Part shown: positions 10,343-19,991 of the stretch, piece after piece | How the letters are laid out: the number at the start of each line of letters is the position of its first letter | Position numbering within the stretch: the first letter of the stretch is position 1 | NCBI GenBank assembly: GCA_947258885.1 | Contig: CAMYKD010000022.1 | Span: forward strand, 9,324-73,323 | Origin: an uncultured Kiloniellales bacterium | GTDB taxonomy: Bacteria > Pseudomonadota > Alphaproteobacteria > Kiloniellales > JAKSDN01 | Reading direction: 5' to 3' | DNA: 64,000 nt | The notes under the pieces: generated by a model | What the model was told of the DNA's origin: nothing | The model's database searches: none | The model's input: the letters and a program-made list of their open reading frames with translations, nothing else | Made by a program: the position numbers and the translations under genes

Positions 10343-12021
10343 TGCCGCGCCGCGCCGCCGGGCTGCTGGTCGACTGCCTGCGCGCGCAGGGCGCGGACCG
10401 GATCTTCTGCGTGCCGGGCGAGAGCTACCTGACCCTGCTCGACGCCCTCTACGATGCGCCCGAGATCCAGGTCGTGACCTGCCGGCACGAGGGCGGCGCG
10501 GGGTTCATGGCCGTCGCGGACGCCAAGATCACCGGCCGGCCCGGCCTCTGCGCGGTCAGCCGCGGGCCCGGGGCGACCAACGTTTCGATCGCGATTCACA
10601 CCTCCGAGCAGGACGCCGTGCCGCTCGTCGTGCTGATCGGCCAGGTGGCGCGGCGCGACCGGGGGCGGGGCGCGTTTCAGGAGGTCGACTATGCCAAGAC
10701 CTTCAGCGACATGGCCAAGGGGGTTTGGGAGGTGAGCGACGCCGGCTGCCTGCCGGAGGTCGTGGCGCGCGCCTTCCACGTCGCCGAGAGCGACACCCCG
10801 GGGCCCGTCGTGCTCGTGCTGCCGGAGGACATGCTCTCGGATACCGCCTCGGCCGAGGTCGTGCCGAAGCTCCCGGTGGCCATGGCCGCGCCCGGCCCGG
10901 AAGACGTCGAGGCGGTGCTGGAGCTGTTGGCCCGCTCCGAACGGCCGCTGCTGATCGCCGGCGGCAGGCTGGGCGCGCCGGCCGGCCGGAGCGCGCTGCT
11001 GAAGGCCGCCGAGGCGCAGGATCTGGCCGTCGCGCTGTCGTTCAAGCGGCAGGACCATTTTCCGAATGATCACCCGAACTTCGCGGGCTACCTCGGCTTC
11101 AAGATCCCGCGCCCGCAGGTCGAGGCCCTGGGCGAGGCGGACCTCGTCCTGGCGGTCGGCACGCGCCTGACCGACGTCACGACACAGGGCTACACGCTGC
11201 CACACGCTCCGCTGCCCGACCAGCCGCTGGTCCACGTCTATCCAGATCCGGCCAGGATCGGCGCGGTGTTCCGCACGACGATCGGCCTGCCGGTCGATCC
11301 CGTCACCTTCCTGGAGCGCTTGGCCGAGCCGCCGGCGCCGGCCGTGGCGGCCCGCAAGGCGTGGCTCGCGTCGCTTCACGAGAGGGCGCGGAAGCTGGCG
11401 GCCTACACGCCACAGGCCAAGAGCGACGGCGTGAACTTCGGCGCCGTGGTCCACGCCCTCGGCCGCAAGGCCGCGCCGGACGCCGTGATTGTCATGGACG
11501 CGGGAAACTTCTCGAGCTGGGTCCACCGGCACTGGCCGTGGCGGCCGGAAAATCTGATCCTCGGTACGGTCGGCGGCGCCATGGGGCTCGGCATGCCGGG
11601 CGCGGTGGCCGCGGGGCTCCGCCTGCCGGAGCGGCAGGTCCTGAGCTTCGTGGGCGACGGCGGCATGCTGATGACCGGCGGCGAGCTGGCGACCGCCATG
11701 CAGCACGGCCTGGCGCTCAAGGTCTTCGTCTCCAACAACCGCAGCTACGGGACGATCCGCCTGCATCAGGAGCGCGATTATCCGGGCCGGGTGAGCGCGA
11801 CCGAGCTCGCCAATCCCGACTTCGCGGAGCTCGCCCGCGCCTTCGGCGCGACCGGTCTCGTCGTCGAGACGGAGGACGACATCGAGGAGGCCGTGGCGGC
11901 CGCGCTGGCGGCCGACGGTCCCGTCATCGTCGACGTCCGCGCCAGCCTGGAAGCGATCTCGGCCTACACGACGATCGAGCAACTGCACGGGGCTGCCAAG
12001 GGCCCCAAGATATCGAAGTAA
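10342..12021 (+). CDS. Thiamine-pyrophosphate-dependent enzyme (acetolactate-synthase-like family)
   Basis: 559 aa with an N-terminal TPP-pyrimidine domain (FCVPGESYL, RHEGGAGFMA) and a C-terminal GDGG...NN TPP motif (VGDGGMLMTGGELATA...VSNN). Confidence 0.85.
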   Translation: MPRRAAGLLVDCLRAQGADRIFCVPGESYLTLLDALYDAPEIQVVTCRHEGGAGFMAVADAKITGRPGLCAVSRGPGATNVSIAIHTSEQDAVPLVVLIGQVARRDRGRGAFQEVDYAKTFSDMAKGVWEVSDAGCLPEVVARAFHVAESDTPGPVVLVLPEDMLSDTASAEVVPKLPVAMAAPGPEDVEAVLELLARSERPLLIAGGRLGAPAGRSALLKAAEAQDLAVALSFKRQDHFPNDHPNFAGYLGFKIPRPQVEALGEADLVLAVGTRLTDVTTQGYTLPHAPLPDQPLVHVYPDPARIGAVFRTTIGLPVDPVTFLERLAEPPAPAVAARKAWLASLHERARKLAAYTPQAKSDGVNFGAVVHALGRKAAPDAVIVMDAGNFSSWVHRHWPWRPENLILGTVGGAMGLGMPGAVAAGLRLPERQVLSFVGDGGMLMTGGELATAMQHGLALKVFVSNNRSYGTIRLHQERDYPGRVSATELANPDFAELARAFGATGLVVETEDDIEEAVAAALAADGPVIVDVRASLEAISAYTTIEQLHGAAKGPKISK

Positions 12022-12031
12022 GGGGAGTGCC

Positions 12032-13240
12032 ATGACCGAGGCCTTTGTCTGCGACGCCATCCGAACCCCGATCGGCCGTTTCGGCGGGGCCTTGTCCCCG
12101 GTGCGCACCGACGACCTTGCCGCCCGCCCGATCACGGAACTGATGGCGCGAAACCAGCGGGTCGACTGGGCGAAGCTGGACGACATCTACTACGGCTGCG
12201 CCAACCAGGCGGGCGAGGACAACCGCAACGTCGCCCGCATGGCGGCTCTGCTCGCCGGGATTCCCGCCGGCGTGCCGGCCGCGACGGTCAACCGGCTGTG
12301 CGGTTCGGGTATGGAGGCCGTGACCCAGGCGGGACGGGCGATTCGCTGTGGCGAAGCCGACATGGCAATTGCCGGCGGAGTCGAGAGCATGTCGCGGGCG
12401 CCCTTCGTCATGGGCAAGGCCGAGACGGCCTTTTCGCGCAAGGCCGAGGTCTACGACACGACCATCGGCTGGCGCTTCGTCAACCCGCTCATGAAGCGGG
12501 AATACGGCGTCGACTCCATGCCCGAAACGGCGGAGAACGTCGCCGAGGACTACCAGATCTCGCGCGAGGACCAGGACCTCTTCGCCCTGTTGAGCCAGCA
12601 GAAGGCCGCGGCGGCCCAAGACCGCGGCCGCCTCGCCAAGGAGATCGTCCCGGTCGAGATCAAGCAGCGCAAGGGCGATCCGGTCGTGGTCGCCCAGGAC
12701 GAGCACCCGCGCCCGGACACGACCCTCGAAATGCTCGCCAAGCTTCCCACGCCGTTCCGCAAGGAGGGCGGCAAGGTGACGGCGGGGAACGCCTCGGGCG
12801 TGAACGACGGCGCGGCGGCCATGCTCGTGGCCTCGGAGGCAGCGGCCGCGGCCCAGGGCCTCACGCCGAGGGCGCGCATCGTCGCGGCGGCCGCCGCCGG
12901 CGTGGAACCGAGGGTCATGGGCATCGGCCCGGCGCCGGCCTCGGAGAAGGCCCTGGCCCGGGCCGGGCTGGCGCTCGAGGACATCGAGGTGATCGAGATC
13001 AACGAGGCCTTTGCCGCGCAGGTACTGGCGGTGCTGCGCCTGCTCGGCCTCGCCGACGACGACCCGCGGGTCAATCCCAACGGCGGCGCGATCGCCCTCG
13101 GCCACCCGCTGGGAGCAAGCGGCGCGCGCCTGGTCGCCACCGCGACGCAGGAACTGCACGAGAAGAACGCCCGCTACGCCCTGTGCACGGCCTGCATCGG
13201 GGTCGGGCAGGGCATCGCCGTGATCTTGGAACGGGTGTAG
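12032..13240 (+). CDS. Acetyl-CoA C-acyltransferase / 3-oxoadipyl-CoA-thiolase-like
   Basis: 402 aa. Thiolase active-site regions (VNRLCGSGMEA, NPNGGAIALGHPLGASGARL, CIGVGQGIA). N-terminus resembles PcaF/PaaJ-type thiolases. Confidence 0.9.
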   Translation: MTEAFVCDAIRTPIGRFGGALSPVRTDDLAARPITELMARNQRVDWAKLDDIYYGCANQAGEDNRNVARMAALLAGIPAGVPAATVNRLCGSGMEAVTQAGRAIRCGEADMAIAGGVESMSRAPFVMGKAETAFSRKAEVYDTTIGWRFVNPLMKREYGVDSMPETAENVAEDYQISREDQDLFALLSQQKAAAAQDRGRLAKEIVPVEIKQRKGDPVVVAQDEHPRPDTTLEMLAKLPTPFRKEGGKVTAGNASGVNDGAAAMLVASEAAAAAQGLTPRARIVAAAAAGVEPRVMGIGPAPASEKALARAGLALEDIEVIEINEAFAAQVLAVLRLLGLADDDPRVNPNGGAIALGHPLGASGARLVATATQELHEKNARYALCTACIGVGQGIAVILERV

Positions 13241-13284
13241 CCGCGCCGGATCGTCGCCGCCTGACCGCAAAGCCTGCCTTGACC

Positions 13285-13314
13285 TTCGAAACGGATTTCG
13301 ATAATCTGTTCGAA
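13285..13314. promoter_or_regulatory. Candidate IclR-type operator: three TTCGA(A) motifs at 12-bp spacing
   Basis: TTCGAA at 13285, TTCGA at 13297 and TTCGAA at 13309, inside the only AT-rich stretch (13283-13350) between the thiolase and IclR genes. The middle copy reads TTCGATAATC. Confidence 0.35.
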
Positions 13315-13380
13315 ATACGGAATATAGTTCTATTAAATGGAATTTTCAAAAGCCGGCGAACCCGGGGAGGGCGCGCGAAG

Positions 13381-14190
13381 ATGAGCAAGGACGGCGGAAT
13401 CCTCGCCCGCTATGCCATGACGCTCGAGACGCTTGCGGCGGCGCCGGACGGCCTGTCGCTGATGGAGGTCGTGCAGGCGACCGGATTACCGCGCGGCACT
13501 GTCCACCGGCTCCTCGGCGCGCTGCGCGGCATAGGCTACATCGCGCCGCGCGGCGGCCGGAAGATCTACGTGCTCGGTCCGCGCCTGCTCCGGCTGCTTC
13601 ATCTGGGTGTGGCGCCGGCCGCCGTTTCGTCGCTGGTGCAGCCGATGCTCGAGAAACTCGTGACGCGCTTCAAGGAAACCGCCTTCGTTGCCAAGCTGGT
13701 CGGCGCCGACGTGCAGTCGGTGGCGATGGTGGTGCCCGGGAGCGACGGCCAGTCCTATGTCCAGCCGGGGCGCGTCATGCCGGTCCACGCGGCGGCCTCG
13801 GCCAAGGCGATCTTCGCCTTTCAGGACGAGGCGCTGGTCGAGGAGGTGCTGAGCCGGCCGCGCACGAGATATACGGAGAACACGCGCGTGGAGGAGGCCG
13901 AGCTGCGCGCCGACCTGGAGCAGGTGCGCCGGCAGGGCTTCGCGCTTTGCGACGAGGAGCTGGACCCCGGCGTGCTCAGCTATGCCTGTCCCGTGCACTT
14001 GGAGGGTGCCGGGGTGCTGTACAGCATCGGCCTCGTCGGCCTGTCGCGGCGCCTGGGGGATCACCCGCGGAGCGAGGTCGTCGCCACCCTGCGCGCCGCC
14101 GCGGAGGCGTTTTCCAAGGGCCTGCCGAGCGGGCTCCACCGGCCGGTTATCGGCGAGGTCCCGGCGCTTGGCGAGGAGCGAAGCGGCTGA
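13381..14190 (+). CDS. IclR-family transcriptional regulator
   Basis: N-terminal wHTH (LSLMEVVQATGLPRGTVHRLLGAL) and a C-terminal IclR effector domain. ATG 13381 is in frame within track ORF 12298..14190, whose upstream part is a shadow of the thiolase gene. Confidence 0.85.
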   Translation: MSKDGGILARYAMTLETLAAAPDGLSLMEVVQATGLPRGTVHRLLGALRGIGYIAPRGGRKIYVLGPRLLRLLHLGVAPAAVSSLVQPMLEKLVTRFKETAFVAKLVGADVQSVAMVVPGSDGQSYVQPGRVMPVHAAASAKAIFAFQDEALVEEVLSRPRTRYTENTRVEEAELRADLEQVRRQGFALCDEELDPGVLSYACPVHLEGAGVLYSIGLVGLSRRLGDHPRSEVVATLRAAAEAFSKGLPSGLHRPVIGEVPALGEERSG

Positions 14191-16199
14191 TGGCGACCGG
14201 CTGGCAGATCGGCATCGACATCGGCGGTACCTTCACCGACGTCGTCGCGTTCCATCCCGGGACCGGCGCCGTTTGCATGGCGAAGGTGCAAAGCTGTCCC
14301 GAGGACCCGCTGGCCGGACTTTTGGCGGGGCTCGAGTCGGTCGGCGTCGCCTGGGAAGAGGTGGACGATCTGGTCCACGGCACGACCATGATCACGAACG
14401 CGATCGTCGAGAAAAGGCTGAGCGAGGCGGCGCTGGTTGCCACCGAGGGCTTTGCCGACACGCTCGCGATCGGGCGCCAGAACCGGCGCCACCTCTACCG
14501 CCTCGACCTGCCGCCCAAGCCGCCGCCGCAGATCCCCGACGCCCTGCGCTTCGAGCTGCGCGAAAGGCTGGACTCTCGCGGCGAGATCCTGACCGAGCTG
14601 GGCGAGGAGGCGGTCGAGGACACCGTTCGCAAGGTGGCCGCCAGCGGCGTGCAGTCCGTCGCCGTGTCCCTGCTTCACGCCTACGCCAATCCCGATCACG
14701 AGGAGAGGTTGGGCGCGCGCCTGCGCGAGGTCGTGCCCTACGTGGCCCTGTCGCACCGGGTCAACCCGGAGGCCCGCGAGTTCGAGCGTACCGCGACCAC
14801 GGCCTTGAGCGCCGGCGTGATGCCGCTGGCCGCCGGCTACCTCGACCGGCTGGAAGCGCGGCGGCCGTCGGCAAGCCGCCTGCATTTGTTCCATTCCGCC
14901 GGCGGCATGGTCGCGCCCGACGTTTTGCGCGACCTGCCGCTGGGTCTCGCCTTCTCCGGCCCCGCCGCGGGTGTCGCGGCCGCCGGACGGATCGCCGCGG
15001 AGCTCGGCATCGACAACGCGATCAGCTTCGACATGGGCGGGACCACGACCGACGTCTGCCTGATCGTCGAGGGCCGCGCCGAGATCCGCAGCGACCGCAG
15101 CCTGGGCGAGCGTCCCCTGCGTATGCCTATGGTGGCGGTGGACTCGATCGGCGCCGGGGGCGGGTCCATCGCGCGCCTGGACCTGGGGACGCTGCGCGTA
15201 GGTCCTGACAGCGCCGGGGCCGACCCGGGGCCGGCGTGTTACGGCCGAGGCGGCACGGCCGCGACGGTCAGCGACGCCAACCTGATGCTCGGCTACCTGG
15301 ATGCGGACCGCCCCATCGGCGGGACGATACGCCTCGATCGCGGCGCGGCCGAACGGGCCCTGGCGCCGCTCGCGACGGAGATCGGTGTCGGCAGTCGGGA
15401 ACTGGCCCTCGGCATCGTCCGGGTCGCCAACGCCAGCATGGCCCGGGCCCTGCGCCGCGTGACGGTAGAGCGCGGCATCGACGGGCGGCACTGCGCGCTC
15501 CTCGCCTTCGGCGGCGCCGGGCCCATGCACGCCGTCGAGCTGGCCCGCTCCTTCGGCATCCGCCACGTGGTCGTGCCGCAGTACTCCAGCGCGTTCTCGG
15601 CGCTGGGATGCCTCACCGCCGAGATGAGCTATTCCCGGCAGCAGACCCAACGCATGGCGAGCACCGAATGGGACGGACAACGGCTGGGCCGGATCCGCGC
15701 GGCCATGACGGCGCAGCTCGCGGCGCCCTTCGAGGCCGCGGGACAAGTTGCCCTGCTGGTCTCCGAGGTTGCCCTGGTCCGCTACAGCGGGCAAAGCTAC
15801 GCCGTCGAGGTCTTCGATCCGGAGCTCGAGAACCCGGAACGGCTCGGCGACCAGTTCCGGGCCCGCCACGAAGCGCTCTACGGATTCGCGACGGAGGAGC
15901 CCTGGGAGCTCGTGGCGCTTCGCCTTTCCCTCTCGGCGCCGCGGGGTCACCGGCCCGAGGGGGCCGGAGCCTGCCAGGGCGAAGCGCCGCGCCCAGCGCG
16001 CGAGACGCCCTGCTGGTTCGACGCCGGGAGACCGGTGCCGACGCCGCGCTACAAGCGCGACACGCTCGGCGAAGGACGACAATTGATCGGCCCGGCCATC
16101 GTCGAGGACGCGTGGTCGACGGTGGTCGTGCCGCCGGGCGCCACGCTCGAAGTCGACCGTACCGGGCATCTCCATATCGAGGCGGGGGAAGCGGCATGA
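14190..16199 (+). CDS. Hydantoinase/oxoprolinase family protein, A (HyuA-like) subunit
   Basis: MATGWQIGIDIGGTFTDVV N-terminus and later DMGGTTTDV. The ATG shares one base with the IclR TGA. Confidence 0.9.
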   Translation: MATGWQIGIDIGGTFTDVVAFHPGTGAVCMAKVQSCPEDPLAGLLAGLESVGVAWEEVDDLVHGTTMITNAIVEKRLSEAALVATEGFADTLAIGRQNRRHLYRLDLPPKPPPQIPDALRFELRERLDSRGEILTELGEEAVEDTVRKVAASGVQSVAVSLLHAYANPDHEERLGARLREVVPYVALSHRVNPEAREFERTATTALSAGVMPLAAGYLDRLEARRPSASRLHLFHSAGGMVAPDVLRDLPLGLAFSGPAAGVAAAGRIAAELGIDNAISFDMGGTTTDVCLIVEGRAEIRSDRSLGERPLRMPMVAVDSIGAGGGSIARLDLGTLRVGPDSAGADPGPACYGRGGTAATVSDANLMLGYLDADRPIGGTIRLDRGAAERALAPLATEIGVGSRELALGIVRVANASMARALRRVTVERGIDGRHCALLAFGGAGPMHAVELARSFGIRHVVVPQYSSAFSALGCLTAEMSYSRQQTQRMASTEWDGQRLGRIRAAMTAQLAAPFEAAGQVALLVSEVALVRYSGQSYAVEVFDPELENPERLGDQFRARHEALYGFATEEPWELVALRLSLSAPRGHRPEGAGACQGEAPRPARETPCWFDAGRPVPTPRYKRDTLGEGRQLIGPAIVEDAWSTVVVPPGATLEVDRTGHLHIEAGEAA

Positions 16200-17812
16200 G
16201 CGCGACCGTCGATCCCTTCACCCTGGAGGTGATCCGCAACGCGCTCTCGGCGGTCGCCGAGGAGATGTCGCTGGTCGTCATGCGCTCGGCGCGCTCGCCG
16301 CTGCTGCGCGAGGCCGGCGACCTGTCCTCGGCCCTGACCGACGCATCCGGCGAGCTGATCGCCCAGGGGCGCGACATCCCCATGCACATGGGCGTCATGA
16401 GCTTCACCGTGAAGGAGTTCCTGAAGCGGGTGCCGGCCGCGTGCCTCAAGCCGGGCGACGTCTGGTTCCTCAATTTGCCGGAGATCGGCGGCAACCACCT
16501 GCCGGACGTCAAGGCGATCCGCCCGGTGTTCGCCGAAGAGGAGCTGCAGGCCTTTGCAGTCAGCCTGGCGCACTGGGCCGATATCGGCGGGGCGGTGCCG
16601 GGCAGCTACGTGCCCAGCGCGACCGACGCCTGGCAGGAAGGTCTGCGCCTCTCGCCGGTGCGGCTGTTCTCGGCCGAGGGCCCCGAGCGCGAGAAGCTCG
16701 ACCTGGTGCTCGCCAACGTCCGCGGGGCCGACGAGCGCGAGGGCGACATCCTGGCCCAGATGGCGGCCTCGCGGGCCGCCGAGCAGCGCCTGCACGAGCT
16801 CTTCGCGCGTCACGGCACGGGGACCGTGCAGAACGCGATCGCCGGGCTGCACGACCGGGCGGAAAGCCAGATGCGGGCGGCCCTGGCGCTCTTGCCCCAG
16901 GGCACTTACGAAGGCGAGGACTGGCTCGACGACGACGGTGCCGGCGGCGATCCGATCCCGATCCGCGTGCGCATCGAGCTGGCCGGCGAGCGCGCCGTGT
17001 TCGACTTCTCGGGCTCCGGCGACGCGGCGCGCGGCCCGGTCAACACCACGCCCTTCATCGCCGCGGCCTCGGTGTTCTATGCCGTCAAGGCGCTGGTCGG
17101 CCCCGACATCCAGCCCAACGGCGGCTGCTACCGTCCGTTGCGGGTGGTTACGCGGCCCGGTTCGGTCCTCGAGCCGGGACCGGAGCGGCCGGTGGTCGGC
17201 GGCAACCACGAGACCTCGCAGCGGGTCGCCGACGCGATCTTCCGCGCGCTCGAGCCGGCGGTGCCCGAGCTGCTGACCGCCGGCGGGCCGACGACGTCCG
17301 GCCTGCTGCTGTTCGGCGGGCGGCGCGACGACGGCGCCTGGACCACGCTCTATGAGACTCACGGCGGCGGCGAGGGCGCGCGCTGCGACCGCGACGGCAT
17401 GCCAGTGATTCGGGTGCACATGTCCAACGTCATGAACACGCCGGCCGAGGTCATCGAGGCCGAGTATCCGATCCGCGTCGAGCGCCACGCGCTCAGGCGC
17501 GGCTCGGGCGGCGCCGGTACGCACCGCGGCGGCGACGGCCTGCACCGGGAATACCGCGTGCTGGCCGACGACATTTCGCTCACCAGCATGTTCGAGCGCG
17601 CGGTCGTGCCGCCCTACGGGCTGCAGGGCGGCGCGGCGGGGGCGCCGTTCCGGGTCCGGATCATCACCGCTTCGGGCGAGACCTACACGCTCCCCGGCAA
17701 GGCCAACGTGCGGCTCGGCCGAGGCGACCGGGTGATCGTCGAAAGCTGCGGCGGCGGCGGCTACGGGGCGCCGGACGGCGCAGGCAACGCAAAGGAGGAA
17801 AGCGTTCCATGA
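16196..17812 (+). CDS. Hydantoinase B/oxoprolinase family protein (HyuB-like)
   Basis: MSATVDPFTLEVIRNALSAVAEEM N-terminus and PEIGGNHLPD. ATGA overlap with the A subunit. Confidence 0.9.
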   Translation: MSATVDPFTLEVIRNALSAVAEEMSLVVMRSARSPLLREAGDLSSALTDASGELIAQGRDIPMHMGVMSFTVKEFLKRVPAACLKPGDVWFLNLPEIGGNHLPDVKAIRPVFAEEELQAFAVSLAHWADIGGAVPGSYVPSATDAWQEGLRLSPVRLFSAEGPEREKLDLVLANVRGADEREGDILAQMAASRAAEQRLHELFARHGTGTVQNAIAGLHDRAESQMRAALALLPQGTYEGEDWLDDDGAGGDPIPIRVRIELAGERAVFDFSGSGDAARGPVNTTPFIAAASVFYAVKALVGPDIQPNGGCYRPLRVVTRPGSVLEPGPERPVVGGNHETSQRVADAIFRALEPAVPELLTAGGPTTSGLLLFGGRRDDGAWTTLYETHGGGEGARCDRDGMPVIRVHMSNVMNTPAEVIEAEYPIRVERHALRRGSGGAGTHRGGDGLHREYRVLADDISLTSMFERAVVPPYGLQGGAAGAPFRVRIITASGETYTLPGKANVRLGRGDRVIVESCGGGGYGAPDGAGNAKEESVP

Positions 17813-18591
17813 AACTGGAGAACAAGAACGCCATCGTCACCGGCGCCGCCAAGGGCATGGGGGCCGCGATTACCCTGACGCTGGCCCGCGAAGGGGCGGA
17901 CGTTCTGCTGACCGCCCGCGACACCGCGGCGCTGGAGGAGGTTGCCGGGCAGGTGCGGAAGCTGGGCCGGCGCGCGGAGGTCGTGGCGGTCGACGTCACC
18001 GACGACGCCCAGGTCAAGGCCATGGCCGAAAAGGCCAAGGCCTTCTTCGACGAGCGCATCGACATCCTGGTCAACGTGGCCGGGGTCACCGGGCCGATCG
18101 AGACACCGGCCTGGGAGATCGAGGCGGAGGACTTCAGCCACGTCATCGAAGCCAACATCCGCGGCACCTTCCTGCCGATCAAGTACGTGATTCCGACGAT
18201 GGTCGCCCAACGCAGCGGCAAGATCGTCAATATCGGCGGCACGTCGGGCCTGCGCGGCTACAAGTACCGCGCCGCCTACAGCTCGTCGAAGTGGGGTGTG
18301 CGCGGGCTGACCCGCACCGTCGCGCTCGATGCCGGGGAATACGGCATCAACGTCAACGTGGTCTGCCCCGGCATCGTGCACACACCGCGCATGGACAAGC
18401 TCTGCGAGGAGAAGGCGCGGGTGCGCGGCTGGACATTCGACCAAGTTTACCAGGAATATGTCGAGGACATGGCGCTGAAGCGCGTGACCGAGCCGCAGGA
18501 CATCGCCGACGCGGTGCTGTTCCTGGCCAGCGACGACAGCCGCAACATGACGGGTCAGGAAATCGCGGTGGACGGCGGCTGGGACGTTTGA
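17809..18591 (+). CDS. SDR-family oxidoreductase
   Basis: 260 aa with TGAAKGMG, NVAG and YSSSK motifs. AAAGGAGGA SD. ATGA overlap. Confidence 0.9.
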   Translation: MKLENKNAIVTGAAKGMGAAITLTLAREGADVLLTARDTAALEEVAGQVRKLGRRAEVVAVDVTDDAQVKAMAEKAKAFFDERIDILVNVAGVTGPIETPAWEIEAEDFSHVIEANIRGTFLPIKYVIPTMVAQRSGKIVNIGGTSGLRGYKYRAAYSSSKWGVRGLTRTVALDAGEYGINVNVVCPGIVHTPRMDKLCEEKARVRGWTFDQVYQEYVEDMALKRVTEPQDIADAVLFLASDDSRNMTGQEIAVDGGWDV

Positions 18592-18612
18592 GCGCCGGAT
18601 GGGGAGGGAGCC

Positions 18613-19497
18613 ATGTTTGCGGAATTCGATCTCGTCATGCCCAGCGGCCTCGACGAGGCACTGGACATCCTCGCCGAGGCGGGCGGTGACGGCGGTCTCG
18701 ACGTTCTGCCGCTGGCCGGCGGCACCAATCTGGTGGTCGACCTGCGCGCCCGCCGCGTCAGCGCCGACAAGTTGGTCGGGCTGGGCCGGATCGCCGCTTT
18801 GCGCGGCATCGAACGGAGCAACGGCCGCGTCGCCATCGGCGCCGGGACTACGCTGAGCGACATCCTGCGCGACCCCGGCATGGCGGAGGCCGCGCCTTCC
18901 CTGGTGGAGTCCGCGCGGGTCTTCGCCGGACAGATGGTGCGCAACACCGCCACGGTCGCCGGCAACGTCTGCTGTGGGTCCCCCGCGGCCGATACCGTGC
19001 CGCCGCTCTTGTCGCTGGACGCGGAGCTGACGCTCACCGGCAGGGACGGCAGCCGGGTCGTGCCCCTGGCCGATTTCTTCCTCGGCTACCAGAAGGACCA
19101 GCGCCGGCCGGACGAGCTGGTCACGAAGATCGCCTGGGACGCGCCGAAGCCGAACTCGGCCAACCTTTTCTACAAGCTGGCGCGGCGCAAGGGCGACGCC
19201 ATTACCGTGGTCGGCATCGCCGTTACGGTCGCGGCGGAGGCGGGCAAGTGCACTACGGCGCGCATCGCGCTGGGCGCCGTCGCGCCCGTGGTCAAGCGGG
19301 CGAGGGAGGCCGAGGCCATGCTGGAAGGCGAGGCCCTGACCCCGGAGCTGATCGAGGTGGCGGCGCGGCAGGCGGTCGAGGAGTCGAGCCCGATCGACGA
19401 CGTCCGCGCCTCGGCCGACTACCGCCGCCATAGCGTGCATGCCCTGACCCGGCGTCTGCTGACGCAGGCCTGGGACCCGGCAACAGTGGGAGGCTGA
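18613..19497 (+). CDS. Molybdenum hydroxylase FAD-binding (CoxM-like, medium) subunit
   Basis: 294 aa with an FAD_binding_5-type sequence (LAGGTNLVVDLR, NTATVAGNV). First gene of an M-S-L trio. Confidence 0.85.
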   Translation: MFAEFDLVMPSGLDEALDILAEAGGDGGLDVLPLAGGTNLVVDLRARRVSADKLVGLGRIAALRGIERSNGRVAIGAGTTLSDILRDPGMAEAAPSLVESARVFAGQMVRNTATVAGNVCCGSPAADTVPPLLSLDAELTLTGRDGSRVVPLADFFLGYQKDQRRPDELVTKIAWDAPKPNSANLFYKLARRKGDAITVVGIAVTVAAEAGKCTTARIALGAVAPVVKRAREAEAMLEGEALTPELIEVAARQAVEESSPIDDVRASADYRRHSVHALTRRLLTQAWDPATVGG

Positions 19498-19502
19498 GCG
19501 CC

Positions 19503-19991
19503 ATGCGCGAAACCGAGACGACCACCCTGGAAATCAACGGGCGCACGCGCGAGATCGCGGCGCCGCCCAATCAGACCCTGCTCGAGACCTTGCGCGAGCA
19601 CGGCTATTTCGAGGTCAAGAGCGGCTGCGAGAAAGGCGACTGCGGCGCCTGCGCCGTGCTGGTCGACGGCGAGGCCGTCGACAGCTGCCTGACCCTGACC
19701 GGGACGCTCGAGGGACGGGCGATCACGACCGTGGCCGGGCTGAAACGCGGCGAGGAGCTGCATCCGCTGCAGGCGGCCTTCGTGAAGTTCGGGTCCATAC
19801 AGTGCGGCTACTGCACGCCGGGCCTGATCATGGCGGCGCAGTCCCTGCTCAACGAGACGCCGGAGCCGAGCGACGAGGACATCCGCCTCGCCCTCAGCGG
19901 CAACCTCTGTCGGTGTACGGGATATACTAAAGTTTTCGATGCAGTACAGGAAGCAGCTCGAGTTTTGCGTGAAGAGGAGTCGGCGTCATGA
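19503..19991 (+). CDS. (2Fe-2S)-binding small subunit (CoxS-like)
   Basis: 162 aa with CEKGDCGACAV and QCGYCTPG...CRCTGY cluster motifs. Confidence 0.9.
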   Translation: MRETETTTLEINGRTREIAAPPNQTLLETLREHGYFEVKSGCEKGDCGACAVLVDGEAVDSCLTLTGTLEGRAITTVAGLKRGEELHPLQAAFVKFGSIQCGYCTPGLIMAAQSLLNETPEPSDEDIRLALSGNLCRCTGYTKVFDAVQEAARVLREEESAS

